This document shows positions 13,325 through 26,930 of a stretch of DNA of 64,000 bases, piece by piece. Position 1 is the first letter of the stretch; every line of letters begins with the position of its first letter. The stretch lies in NCBI RefSeq assembly GCF_018977255.1, contig NW_024704743.1, positions 85,934,001 through 85,998,000 of the forward strand, read 5' to 3'. The translations under genes and the position numbers were made by a program. The notes beneath the pieces were generated by a model. The model did no database searches. It worked only from the letters and a program-made list of their open reading frames with translations, and was not told the origin of the DNA. This DNA is from Callorhinchus milii. Lineage: Eukaryota.

Positions 13325-14578
13325 TTTCCTCGTCCTCCTTGACCTCTTCTCTGCCTTCAACACTGATGACTACTCTATCCTCATCCACCGCCTCTCCTCT
13401 CACCTCGACCTCCACGGGGGTGTCCTTGACTGGTTAAGTTAGTACCTCTCACACCGCCTGCACTTCATCTCCTCAAATGGCTTCTCTAGCCTCCAAACCA
13501 TCTCATGAGGCGTTCCTCAGAGCTCTGTCCTTGGTCCCCGCCTCTTCAATATCTATATGCTCCCTCTTGGCGACATCATCCGCAGACATGGGGTCAACTT
13601 CCACATATATGCGGATGATACCCAACTCTGCCTCTCTGCCTCCACCCTTGACTCCAGGACTACTGCTGTCCTGACAGAATGTCTGTCAGACATCAAGACC
13701 TGGATGAGGGCAAACTTTCTCCAGTTAAATGTCAACAAGACCGAGGCTCTCCTGATTGTCTCCCGTCAGCACCTCCTCACCTCAGGCGCTGACAGTATCA
13801 CCATCCATGGTTGCACACTCCACCTCACTGAGCCAGTCCGGAACCCTGGGGTCTTGTTTGACCCTCAACTGTCCTTTCTACTCCACATCTGCGCCATGAC
13901 CCGCTCTGCCTTCCCCCACCTCCACAACATCACCCGGCTCCGACACTGTCTCACACCACAGGCCACCAAAACCCTCATAAATGCCTTCATTGCATCGAGG
14001 CCCGACTATGTAAACTCATTGCTTGTCGGCCTCCCCAACTCCTCCCTCCATAGACTGCAGATCATCCAGAACTCTGCAGCCCGTGTCCTCTCCCTCTCTA
14101 GGCTCCGTGACCCTATCACCCCCATCCTTGCCCAACTCCACTGGCTTCCCATCACACAGAGAATACAGTTCAAGATCCTGGTCCTCACCTTCAAAGCCCT
14201 CCACGGTCTTGCTCCCCCCTACCTCTCCGACCTCCTAACCCTCTACTATCCTGTTCGCTCCCTTCGCTCAGCGGGCTCCGACCTGCTTCACGTCCACCTC
14301 GCTCGCCCCACTGTTGGTGGGTGGGCCTTCCGCCCCTCTGTCCCCACCCTATGGAACTCCATCCCGCAGTCCCTCCATTTTGCCCCCTCCCTTGCCACCT
14401 TCAAGACCCATCTCAAGACCCTCCTCTTCGACCGTGCTTTCGATCTCCCTGCTTCCCCCTCTGCCCTCCATTTTCCCCACCCTGACCCCAGCTCAGGTCC
14501 GTAACTCTGTCTGTCCAGCACCTTGGGACATCCTCCCGATGTGAAAGGCGCTATACAAATGTAATTTTGTTGTTTTTT
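13325..14578 (+). mobile_element. L2 LINE 3' portion (RT C-terminal half and tail)
   Basis: ORF 13557..14504 with YADDTQL and [10 protein letters not shown]; tail GGGACATCCTCCCGATGTGAAAGGCGCTATACAAATGTAATTTTGTTG. Confidence 0.93.
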
Positions 14579-14839
14579 CATTCTATCTTAATTGGCCTTC
14601 TGGGATATTACTATGGTTTGTTCATTGTTTAATCAGTTAACAAAAGCAAACTATCGCAACCTCCAAGTTTGCTTTTTGTTTGTTTAAATTTTAAAAAGTG
14701 GCAGTAAGCCACACAAGCTTAAAAGTAAATGTGAATCTGATTACAGTGGTGCATCCTAGTAGAAAACAATTAGATCGTCTCTCCTTCCATTCTACAGATT
14801 ATCTTTCCAAACTACTTACTGCAAATTATTGGACAATCT

Positions 14840-15880
14840 AAAACAGAGAGTAGGGATAAACGGGTCCTTCTCAGAATGACAGGATGTGACTAGTAGAATG
14901 CCACAAGGATCAGTGCTTTGGCCTGAACAATTTACAATCTATATCAATGATCTAGACAAGGACATAGAACTTAAAATATATAAATTCGCGGATGATACTA
15001 AGCTAGGTGGGAGAGTAAGCTCTGAGGATGACCCGAAAAGATTGCAAAGGGATATAGATAGGCTCGGTGAGTGGGCAAGAAGGTGCAGATGGAATATAAT
15101 GTGGGGAGGTTTGAAGTTATTCACCTGGGCAGTAAAAACAGAAAAGCAGGTTATTTTGTAGAAAGGGAGATAGTGTTAGTGTTCAGAGGGATTTGTGTGT
15201 CCTTGTACACCAGTCACAAAAAGTTAGTATGCAGGTACAGCAAGCAACTAGGAAGGCTAATGGCATGTTGGCGTTTACTGCAAAAAGGTTAGAATACAAG
15301 AGTAGGGAAGTCTTGCTGCAACTGTATAGGGCCCTGGTGAGACTGCACCTAGAATATTGTGTGCAGTTTTGGTCTCCTTATTTAAGAAAGGACATACTCG
15401 CTTAGAGGGAGTACAGCATAGATTCACTAGGTTGGTTCCTGGGATGAGGGGGTTGACCTATGAGGATTAGTTGAATAAACTAGGCCTATATTCTCCAGAA
15501 TATAGAAGAATTAGGGGTGATCTTATAGAAACATAAGATTCTTATGGGGCTTAACAGAGTAGACAGTGCGAGACTACATCCCCTGGTAGAAGAATCTATA
15601 ACTAGGGGTCACAGTCTTATGATTAAGGGACAGCCTTTTCGAACAGAGTTGAGGAAACACTTCTTCACCCAGAGGGTAGTGAATTTATGGAATTTTCTAT
15701 CCCAGAGGGCTGTAGATGCTCAGTCCTTGAACATATTCATAGAGGGATTAAGGGATATGGGGATAAGGCAGGCAGATGGAATTAGGTTAGAAGATCAGCC
15801 ATGATCTTATTGAATGGCGGGGCAGGCACGAGGGGCAGAATGACCTACTCCTGCTCCTAATTTCTATGTTCCTGGGTTCC
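14840..15880 (+). mobile_element. CR1-clade LINE 3' fragment (frameshifted RT)
   Basis: PQGSVL, KFADDTKLGG, LYRALVRLHLEYCVQFWSPY, FFTQRVVNLWN; CR1-type 3' end. Confidence 0.92.
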
Positions 15881-16856
15881 TCATTCCAAAAAGTATTAAA
15901 AGTTATGATAACTTAAATACCCAAGACTACTGCCCCAATAAGACTTTAAAACCACATACATCTTACTGAAGAACCACATAGCTTCTATAAATTACAAACA
16001 GCGATATCTCAACACATGCTGGCATCTCTCAGTCATTCCTCAATATCAATGTTTTATGCTTTTGAGTTGCTGGTTAGAAGCAATCTCATAACAAATTTTA
16101 TAGTATGCTCCCCCGATGTGACAGTGTGAAGTTCCAGCTGTATCATGAATAGAACGCTGTGCTACTGTTCGCAATCAACAGTACAAAACTTCATGCCATC
16201 TCATCAGGGGAGTTCTTTTTGTAAAAAAAAGTCAAGCTACCTTTTACCAACAGCAGCAGCTGTAAAGCAAACAAGTATACGGGAGAGATGCAATGTACAT
16301 GTAATTATCAAATGTTTTCATAACTTTGGAAAGAGTGTAAAGGTGAGGTATATGAAAACAACAATAAAATTACATTTGTAGAGCAACAACAATAAAATGA
16401 TATGAAAAAAAACAAAATAAAATTCCACTGAAACTCAGTTTTAAAAAAATGGCACCACTTTTCACCATATGACTGCCAACGACATACCTCTGTAGTCACA
16501 GAAAGACTAATGAAAAGCAGCAACTTACTTGCCCTATTTCAGATGTGGAACTTCATCATAGCTGCTGATACCGATCAGCTAACTGTGCATTTTCTATGTG
16601 TAATTATTTTTATTCCACACTTTATTCTAGTTTAGTTGGAAAGAAGAGATAGAATAGTAACTTTATCATGTTTGCAAACAGAGTTTGTGGAGTACCACAG
16701 CATGTTGTGACATGAAGTGGTGGAATTCAAATTGTATCTGTGAGGTGCTAACTCAATCTGTCGTCTGTAGAGAACAGATATCGAGCTGAGGCTAGCCAAA
16801 AGGAGGAAGTGTGTCATCCTTGGGTCAATCCTGCAAGCTGCCCATCAACAGTCCTT

Positions 16857-17240
16857 GGAGTCATGTAGCTCAGTGGTTAGAGCACTCGCCTCAAAAGTGA
16901 GAGAACTGGGTTCGTTTCCCGAGCAGGGCGAAACTTGGGCAAGTTTCCTTACTCTACATGCCTCTGTTTACCCAGCAGTAAGTAGGAACCCGGTTGTTAG
17001 TCGATAGCCGAATCACATTTCCAGGGATAATAATCCCTCAAAAAAACAATAATAACTAATTCACAACTGTTTGTGGGACACTGCTATGTGCAATTGGCTG
17101 CCGCGCACAGTTTCCTGCTGCATGTTTCCCACAAATATACAGTAAATTCATTTTACAGTATATTCTGTGAAGCGCTTTGAGATGTCTAGAAGACATGAAA
17201 AGTGCTATATCAAATGCAAGGATGAATATTATTATTATTA
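16857..17240 (+). mobile_element. tRNA-derived Deu-domain SINE, long form
   Basis: A box TAGCTCAGTGG, B box GGTTCG-like, Deu core TGTGGGACACTGCTATGTGCAATTGGCTGCCGCG, L2-like tail and (TTA)n. Confidence 0.9.
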
Positions 17241-17959
17241 TCAATGACCACTCTCAGAGCAGCACTGTCAGAGATCAAGGAGCAATTTGCCCAACTTCTC
17301 AGTCACATGTGCCCAGCACCAAAGAGGCAAAAAAAAATGAATGGCACAGAAAAAGCTCACCTTTTTAAAATGAAGACAGCTAACATATCATAAATTTCCT
17401 GTAATTTCTATGGAAAGGAATAAATGATGTTAAACGATCTCCAATATTCTTATTAAAATGCTTGTTGAATGTCCAGAATCTTAACAAACAAAAAAAAGTC
17501 AATGTTAATGAAACCAATTCTGAGTGCAGCCCAGATTGGTACACTCTCCCTGTCAATATATTGTATCAGTAGAAATCAATATACTGTACATGTCAGTAAA
17601 CCTCATAAGTGGTCTATGCAGCCAAGGTCCCAATAAAATTAGCTTTGAATCAAATTCAAATTTATACTGCACTTTTTGCAACAATATAAAGCAAAAACTA
17701 CAACAATTTGCAGTAGTACAACACTTTTCACGAAGAAGAACCTTTTAAAGTGCTTGACAAATATAATGATGCACACTGAGCAGGGAAAAGAGAAATTTAA
17801 GGATGTTGATCAGCCGCACGATCAAAGAGAGATGTTGTAAAAGGGTTTTAAAGGTAGGGAGCAACTCAAACAGATTTTGGAAGTGACTTAAAAACAAAGG
17901 CATGGTAGCTAAAGGTTTAGTCATTGAGGGTAACACAGGAGTGGGGAGTAAACAAAATA

Positions 17960-19560
17960 GATCAACAACAAATTACATTTGTTTAGCGCCTTTCACGTCA
18001 GGACGACGTCCCAAAGCACTGGACAGTCAGGGATTTGGACCCGAGCAGGAGGTTGGGATCAGGGGGTGGAGGGCAGCGAGGGTAGGGGGTAGGAGAGTGC
18101 CCAACTGCACAGTCGAAGAGGAGGGTCTTGAGGCAGGCCTTGAAGGAGGCAAGGGAGGGAACGAGGCAAAGGGAATGTGGGATGGAGTTCCAAAGGGTGG
18201 GGGCAGAGAAGCTGAAGGCCCAACTGCTGATGGAGGGTCAGGCCTGGCGGGGGACATGGAGCAGGCCAGAACATGCTGAGCGGAGGGAGACGGCAGGATG
18301 ATATGGGGTTAGCAGGTCACAGAGGTAGGAAGGGGCAAGGCCGCGAGGGGCATTGAAGGCAAGAGTGAGGAATTTGAATTCTATCCACTGGGGATGGGGA
18401 GCCAGTGGATTCGGGCGAGGATGGGGGTTATTGGGTCATGGAACCTGGTGCAGGAGAGGACATGAGCTGCAGAGTTCAGAATGATCTGCAGCTTGTGGAG
18501 GGAAGAGTTGGGAAGGCCGACAAGCAGGGAGTTGGTGTAGTTGAACCTTAGATGTGATAAATGTGTGGATGAGGGTTTCAGCGGTCTGAGGGGTCAGGCA
18601 GTGGCGGAGTCGGGCGATGTTGCGGAGGTGTGGGAAGGCAGAGAGGGTCATGGAACAGACGTGGAGTAGAAAGGACAATTGAGAGTTAAAAAGGACAACA
18701 AGGTTCCGGACTGGCTTAGTGGGGTGGAGTGTGCATCCTGGGATGCCAGTGCCTGAGGTGTGGAGGCGCTGACAGTAGCCAATCAGAAGTTCCTCGGTTT
18801 TGCTGACATTCAACTCGATTTTGGTCTTGAGGAAATCCAGCATCTCCTCGTAGTTGTAGTTGGAGGAGTGGATGGGCGAGGTGTGAGAGGATGGGCGGAG
18901 CAGCCGGTTGGTGGTGGAGAAGAGGAGCCTTGGCTTGTCGTTGGCCTCCAAGATTATCTTGGAGTAGGACAATTTAGCGGAGGCGAAGGTGGAGTGGTAA
19001 GATTTGATGAGGTCCAGCCAGATCTGCTGATGGACCACTAAATTAGATTTGAGCCAAGTGCATTTGGCGGCACACACCTGACTCTTGAGGGAGAGGAGGT
19101 GGCTGGTGTACCAGGGTGAATTGTGTGAGTAGGAGTTGGTTCGGGAGGTGAGGGGGCAAGAGCATTGAGAGTGGCGGAGCGGGAACTATGGAGTTGAGTG
19201 ACTTGAGGAGAACAAGTAATTGTGAGAGGAAGCCCAGAGGGGAAGGAGTTCAGATGACTCCAGGTTAGCGGAGAGTGAGTGAGGTGAGATTTTTCCTGGG
19301 GGTGAGATGAAGGTAGGTTATGTGGCGGTGGGGAGAGGAATTGAGGAATTAAGCGAGATGAAGTAGTGGTCCGAGGTAGCTTTGTCAGTGACGATTTGTC
19401 AGGTCCGAGATGCTGAGGTCCTGGATAATCACCAGATCAAGCGTGCGTGGCAGACTGGATGTGGAGGAAGAGGTTGAGAGAGAAATCAGTGGAGATAGAG
19501 CAAGAAGGGATGAAGTGCAGGTTGAAGTCATCTAGGATGACGAAGTGTTCAGAACAGATC
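17960..19560 (-). mobile_element. L2 LINE with internal deletion of the RT core; retains an endonuclease remnant and the tail
   Basis: FVILDDFNLH (GDFN-like) near 19515-19545; ORF 18436..19077 jumps from the linker region to LNVSKTE. Confidence 0.85.
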
Positions 19561-20814
19561 AGAAGACAAACTACACAGGATCCAGTAGGAGAATAGGACT
19601 TGATAAAGGGTTATAGGTAGGAAGGCTCTATTGGAGTTAAAAGACCATTTTGTGTAGCAAATTCTTAAATTCTATCAAAATTTAAATGTGTACATTTATC
19701 ATAACTGCAGAAAACTAGATTCCAAACTGAGTTTAAGAATTTCTACAACAAAGACAAAATGGTTCTGCAGGCCACAGAATCTTAAAGTAGATTCGCTGAG
19801 TTACTGAGAGCAAGTGGAGGATAATGAGGACAAGGATCATACGTATGTAGTGTCTAATGTGGAACAGAAAACAGTTGTCTTGTTTAGGTCAAATATCAAC
19901 AACAACAAATTACATTTCTATAGCGCCTTTCATGTCAGGAGAATGTCCCGAGACCCTGATGGGACCACGATCTCTTTAAAACAATTACTGATGACTTCAA
20001 ACCTTTCCAAGAACTAAATCTGAAATTATATCTGCGAACTCCCAAAATATTTCTAGGAATTAATGTTCCAAACAACATGGCAAAAATGGCCTATTAACAC
20101 GTCAAATTGGAGCACGCAAAAGATAAACAATCTAATGCAAAAAAAATTCATTGATTTCTAAAAATGTAACTATTTCTGAAGCAAAATATTAAAAATCCCA
20201 TCTCTGATCAAATTAACAACAAAATTACATTTGTATAATGCCTTTCATGTCAGGAGGATGTCCCAAGGTGCTGGACAGACAGAGTTTTGGAATTAACATA
20301 AGCTGTAACATCTTTCTGAAAGTTTAGATTGGCAAACAAATTAGTTTATAGTAAAAAGCTTTGAAGATTTGTATTACATTTAATGGAGTTGACATTCTGT
20401 AACTTTAACCAATTTAGTTTTTGGCAATACTTGGAAGTAGCATTGAACAAGATCCAAAGGAATCACAAGCAACAAATGTGAAGAACAATTTTATTATAAG
20501 TACAATGCAGTTGATTCACGTTACCGTCACATTTAGTTTACCAGCAAAATAAGTGGAGTGACAGGGATCAAATGAACCCACTTTGTAATAATGTCAAAAA
20601 TTGTTCATTCCTTGCAGTGAGGTTTATCTAAAATATTATTCAAAGATGTTTCAAACAATTTGTGGGAGTTGTATATGTGGAGGGGACCATCAAGCTGTGG
20701 TCTGCTATCTATGTTTATTTGTAGTGAAGTCAGTCAATTCTTTTATCTATACGTGAACTGCTTGGAGATTATCTTTTATACGTATCTGGTAGCATAACAT
20801 GCCATCTAATTTGA

Positions 20815-21270
20815 CTTCAGACCTGGGCAACAAGAGCATCTAATACATGCGGAAACCATCACCATGCTTAAGAGTATCTAACCAAAGTTCTACATATGCT
20901 TCCCACCTTCGGGGAAATTTTCATACATTTGGAATGGAAATGCGTCCCTGGAGGGATGCACCCTGCTTTATCTGATTCCAGGAATTATCAGACACAAGTT
21001 GGTGAGAGCCACGGCTTGTATATTGCTGTACCACTGAAGTCTAACCAGCTAAACTTGCAAAGCTTATCACTGAAAGCACTGCTGGCAAGCTTTCTGCTGC
21101 TTCTCCAGCTAGGATCACCCTCCCCATCAGGGCTTTGGCTTGCAGTGTTAACAGGAGGCCTGCTGGCGAGCCAGGCTTGCTGGTCTGTCTGGCTAGTCTA
21201 TCACCAGCAGTGCCCTAGAGACTGCAGACCTGCTTGACTCAGGAACCAGACTACTGAGACCACCACAGAA
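20815..21270. repeat. Unclassified ancient interspersed repeat (other copies near 28670-28780, 30650-30980, 56280-56500 inverted, 61298-61372)
   Basis: Shared CATGTGGAAACCCATCACCATRCTTAAGAGTATC and AGGGCTTTGGYTTGCA blocks. Confidence 0.65.
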
Positions 21271-24200
21271 GGTTGACTTGATTCTGCTATTCACATATGA
21301 ATGAAAATGTCTACTGCGAAAAAAGAAACCACTTGCCGGGAAAAAGATAGAAGAGGGGTATGATAACAAGATGAGCTCCGAATAACATGAACAATCTTTG
21401 AACAAATAACATTTTCTGCGCCTAACTTTGGCCATTTCCTAAGAGTTCCATGTTAAACATCCAAAACTATTTAATCTACAACTAAGGCTGGGGTTACAAT
21501 ATCTCCTGTAGAAAAAGATAGTAATAACCAGTACTTTTTGCACATTCCCTACATCCAAAGGTTTGTTATATCCTTGACAAGGTGGTCTGTAATTTTAGGT
21601 CCCTTGCTGGATACAGCTGTTCTGTGTTTCATCACTGTCAAAGCCCCCAAAGTTAGTCAGCCCCTTTGATATCCAGGTAAAATTACACTTTGCATGCTGG
21701 AGCATAATTTAGGGCATAATCTCATATCCTTACAACATGTAATTACGAGGCCAATGGTGTGTTGAGAATCCTTTTGTAAACCAAATTATTTAAGTAACAT
21801 GGCTATTGCTACAGGAAATATCAGACTTAAGTAAATGCACCCTACTAAGGTTATCAGTGTTCAACCCATGAATTTGACTCCATCTTGGATGAATGAACAG
21901 CTGTACCACTGTTAACATATAGAAACATATACCTTGGTTTAAGGACTCAAATTCACCATTAGAAAACGTCCTCCAAAAATGTCAAGGTAGATCAACTAAA
22001 AATCAGCTGGAGGCCATGACTTCAAAGGAGGGAGGAATTAACAGGGTTCTGACCTTTTGGGACAACTAGGGACCTAATTGCATACAAAAATACCTCTTTC
22101 AAAAACAACCCTACAGTTATTATGAAAGCAGAGAATGGTGGAAGTACAAACAGCATGTAATGCATACAGCAAAACATTTTGATCACGGATATTAGAAGGT
22201 AGTAACAAAAATTAGATCAAACCAATAACAGGTGATAGATAGAAATGCTATTTTAGTTTTCTGAGGATTCAAATTAGTCAGTCTTTGACTTTAGGGTCTT
22301 CCGTCCAGCACTCAAGCAAATATATACAATCATAATATCCAAAGACAGAGGGCACATAAGAAGGTTCACAAAATTAGCATTCTCATACAAGTTTAAATAT
22401 AGCAACTGGGATTCATTTAAACCAGGTTTGAAGGGAAATGCTTTGGTCGGTAGAATGAAGTGCAGTCTGTTAATGATCAGAAGATCAGAAAGGTTGAAGA
22501 TCATAATAAAGGAGGAAACAGAACAGAACACTAAAGAAGGAAAAAGCTAGCAAGAAAAAGTATTCAGACAAAAGGGGGGAGTGGGGTTGCAAAGGCCACA
22601 ACTAGATTTTTTGTGTTTGCGTTTATAGAATAAATAGATGGTGTCAACAGATAATCAAGATGTGGTAATAATAAATAATAATCCTTGCATTTAATATAGT
22701 ACCTTATCATGTCTTCGAGACGTTTCAAAATGCTTCTGCATTGTTGAATATTTTACCAGTCCCCAAAAATTCCCATCGAACTAGTGGTACAGATTGTCTT
22801 GTTGAGGTCCAAGAAGATTAAAAATTAGTTTAATCTTGAAAAACTGGTGCATGACAAGATATGTCATAAAATGCCCTCAATAGGCCAAGTGGGTAAAGGG
22901 AATGCCTGGCGCTACATTAAGTTATACAGACCTGAATATCATATGTTTGAATTCTGTGTTGAATTGATAATAATAATCCTTGCATTTGATATAGGGCCTT
23001 ATCACGTCATTGAGACGTCTCTGAATGCTTCACAGAATATATTGTAAAGTGGATTGACTATGTATTTTGTGATCAAAATTAGTTGTCAGCTGGGGTAGTA
23101 GGAATGCCTGGCATAGGTTAGAGAAAGATTCCGAAAACAAATCAGACAGTGTTCACACTCCTGTTCATTATCCAGAGACCCTTAAAGTGCACTTGTGTGG
23201 ATGTCCATTAAGGACAGGATTGGGTCGGGCTCTGATGCACCCTCTTCTCACAATAGTTAATTAATCTGCCAAAATTGATAAATAATGGCTGCTTGCAAGA
23301 GGTTACCAGCAACTGACATCCATGAAACCATAAGAGTAAAGACACAAATACCTTCAAGACGGTAGGAGAGAAAAACATGACAAAGGAAAATATTTAAAAC
23401 AAGATGCAGTATTACTAAAAGCTGACATCTTATTGAACTTAAAGTGCAAAATTAAGACAATGGTATAGTTGGTAAATCAACCACCCAGGTTATAACTGAG
23501 CGAGTATAGTTTGGAGTTAACATAACAGATTTTGTTATTGCCATTTCCCTCACTTCTTGCAGCACAGTTTTTTTAAATAACCCTTTAAAGAAAAATCTGT
23601 TTCAATTACAGCAGCTGCCAACACGAAACTTAACATTAATATTCCTAAGCAACTTCACATATCAGCAAACTGAAACATCAGAAAGAAGAATTCTAAATTA
23701 GTTATTGAGCCAAAACAAGACAAAAGTTTCTGTATAAAATAATGCAGTGTGTAGTTTGCTACTATAGCCACGTGTGCTTATGGAAATGATTACCAGGTAG
23801 TTAATGTCTGAACAATTTCCAGATCCTAATAATTTATTAAATAAATCTGAATATAAGTCTAACAAAGCCCACAGAAATCAAAGATTCAGACTTAAGGATT
23901 AGTATGACAAAACAAAATAATTTGTGAATGTTTTGTCTGTTGCTTGTCCAGATGATGTCATTCGCACACGATTACAGCACATTTTGTTTCAAGTTCAGAT
24001 CTGGACCGAATACCAGGAGGTATTTGTCTTCATATAAATTCTCATTGATAATGCCAATTTCATGTCACTTTTATGTTTTATTTTCCCAACTGGTTTTGAA
24101 TACTTCATCTGTTAACATCTTCTAAGCCACTGTTTGGATTAGGGACATGAAAATATAAAACAGCATAAACATGTAAAGCCCTACCTTCCTCTTTGCATAC

Positions 24201-24808
24201 CCAAAAAAGCAACTGGATACCAACACTATTGAAACAAATCATTTGCTTTTTTAAAAAAAAAGTGTTATGGACATTACTCCCCTCCCCCCATTTTCTCTGA
24301 ACCAAATTGAGTTTTGAAGCAAAACTTTATTTACTTAATAGGTATTAATATTATGAAAAAAGCATGTTGTTACAATCACAAGGGATAGGAGTGGGGGGGG
24401 GGTTTGAGAAGTAAATCTCCTTTCATGCAACATGATCAAACAAGACTGTGTTTCATATCTCTCGAGCAACCATGACATAAGTAAGCTTCGGTCCTAGTCC
24501 TCTTATCCCTTTGGGTCAAAACCATGCAAAAAACAGACTCCTAACAATGCAATTCAGGCTAATAACCTTCATGTCATTTTCTTAAATTTTGAGGGCAAAC
24601 CCCTTATAGTGCAGTCCCGTATTTCGCTGGCCATAGTATAAGACTGTGCAAAAAAATTAGATTGTCAAGTTGCTGCTAAAGTTGCTTCCTGCATAATACA
24701 ATCTAATAAAATGCGTTCACTTAAAACACAGCAGTAATTTAACCAAGAGATTTAATTCGTTAACGGTATTTTAATAAGCGCACATCCAATCAAACTCTTT
24801 TTACTTAC

Positions 24809-24866
24809 TGTGTTTGTTGCATCTTCCTGTAAAATTGTATCATACACCTTGTTGGCATCCTCATAC
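24809..24866 (-). CDS. EMC2: EMC2 coding exon 5 (YEDANKVYDTILQEDATNT, 58 nt)
   Basis: Acceptor tgtttttaaag, donor GTAAGT; phase consistent. Confidence 0.95.
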
Positions 24867-25225
24867 CTTTAAAAACAACAAAAAATGTTTTTATAAAAGT
24901 TGTCTGATTAAGTTCTAAGAGTCCAGAAAATTGTCGTTAATGGAGAATTCAAAACTACAAGGTGGCTGACAAAAATCATAATTTCTGACACATGGATCTA
25001 CATTACAGGACACAACTAAGCCTTCTTTACTGATGTGTTAAATACCTGCTTCAAACAGTTTATAGACATTTGCAGATCATTAAATCCTGAACTGTATATC
25101 GTGGAATCAATTCACCTTAGACATATGAAAGAATCTGAAAATTAATTCTGTACCTTTTTTATGTTTCTGTTTTCCTAATTCCTACTCTTACCCAGTTGTA
25201 TCTAGATGAATGAGGTTTCAAATAC

Positions 25226-25311
25226 CTTTCCAAGGACTCTAATCGCATGCCAGTCAATCGTTTCACTCGGTGGCTGCCTGGAAATTGCTTTCGAAGTTCA
25301 TGCAGACACAA
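25226..25311 (-). CDS. EMC2: EMC2 coding exon 4 ([29 protein letters not shown], 86 nt)
   Basis: Acceptor tgtctacag, donor GTATTT; peptide in ORF 25159..25365. Confidence 0.96.
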
Positions 25312-26093
25312 CTGTAGACAGAAAAAAACATAAAACGAACAATTCGAGTACAGCACAATTCTCATATGGTTAACAAATCTTGATCCTACTTTTATGGTCT
25401 ACACATGCGTCAATTATGCACCATGTGTAAACTATGCATAAACAAGTATGTATTATGCACCAAGTGCTTATTTATGTAATGAGCCAATTAAAATATTTTA
25501 TGGAATTGGCAACTAATTCATTTCTAGTTGCTCAGCTACATAATTTAGGGTAATTGTACTATGCTCTGCACACATACATTTACACATGATGCATACTACG
25601 TAAGCATTTACATACGACGCATTAAGGTTCCATTGATGAGAACCTTTTAATATTTCTGCGTACAGTAATTGACGTGGATGTCAACTTGGCTCAGTTGGTG
25701 CATTCTCACCTCTGGGTCAGGAATGAGCTCTCGTTGCTAAGTGTTCGTTTCTCACCTCTAAGTCTTTTACGACTGTACATTTGTCACTCTCACTCACATC
25801 TGCCAACTGCACTATTCAAGGATAAACAAAAATGCCAATAGCTCAAACACAGAGGATGCTAATAAATTACTCTTCCACAACAAAAAAAATATTAAAAATG
25901 AGTTGTGAATGGAATAAAAAGGAACTGATAACGATGCATATTTAGATTTCATTTTCTTTGTAACGTTAAGCCATGTTAGACGTTAGTGACAATGTGGGTA
26001 GAATTGTTGTATGAGGCAATCCCTACTAAATGAATCCCTAAAAATGAATACCAATGAAATTGATTTTTCGTCTTTCCCCTGTTAATGTCCCAC

Positions 26094-26930
26094 AACAAGA
26101 ACAAAATTACATTTGTATAGCGCCTTTCATGTTGGGAGGATGTCCCAAGGTGCTGAACGGACAGAGTTTCGGACCTGAGCTGGGGGTCGGGAGGGGTGGG
26201 GAGGGCAGAGGGAAAGCAGGGAGATCGAAAGCAAGGTCAAAGAGGAGGGTCTTGAGATGGGTCTTGAAAGATCATCAAGAGGGGGCGAGGCGGAGGGACT
26301 GCGGAATGGAGTTCCAGAGGGTGGGGGCAGAGTGGCAGAAGGCCTGCCCATCAAAAGTGGGGCGAGCGAGGTGGGGGATGTGAAGCAGGCCAGAGTGGAG
26401 TGGGTGAGCAGGATGGTAGGGAGTTAGGAGATCGCAGAGGTAGGGGGCAGCACGACCATGGAGGGCTTTGAAGGTGCGGACCAGGATCTTGAACTATATT
26501 CTCTGTGTGATGGGAAGCCAGTGGAGTCAGAGGTGCGGGAGAGGACAGTGGCTGCAGAGTTCTGGATAATCTGCAGCCTATGGAGGAAGGAGCTGGGGAG
26601 GTCGACAAGCAATCAGTTTGCATAGTCGAGCCTCGATGTAATGAAAGTGTGAATGAGGGTTTCGGTGGCATGTGGTGTGAGACAGTGTCGGAGCTGGGCG
26701 ATGTTGCGGAGGTGGGGGAAGGCAGAGTGGGTCATGGCGCAGATGTGGAGTAGAAAGGATAGTTGAGGGTCAAACAAGATGCCAAGGTTCCGGACTGGCT
26801 CAGTGAGGTGGAGTGTGCATCCATGGATGGTGATACTGTCAACGCCTGAGGTGAGGAGGTACTGACTGGAGCCAATCAGAAGAGCCTCGATCTTGTTGCC
26901 ATTCAACTGAAGAAAATTAGCTCTCATCCA
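26094..26930 (-). mobile_element. L2 LINE 3' fragment
   Basis: [15 protein letters not shown]...SRLDYAN frame and L2 tail. Confidence 0.92.
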
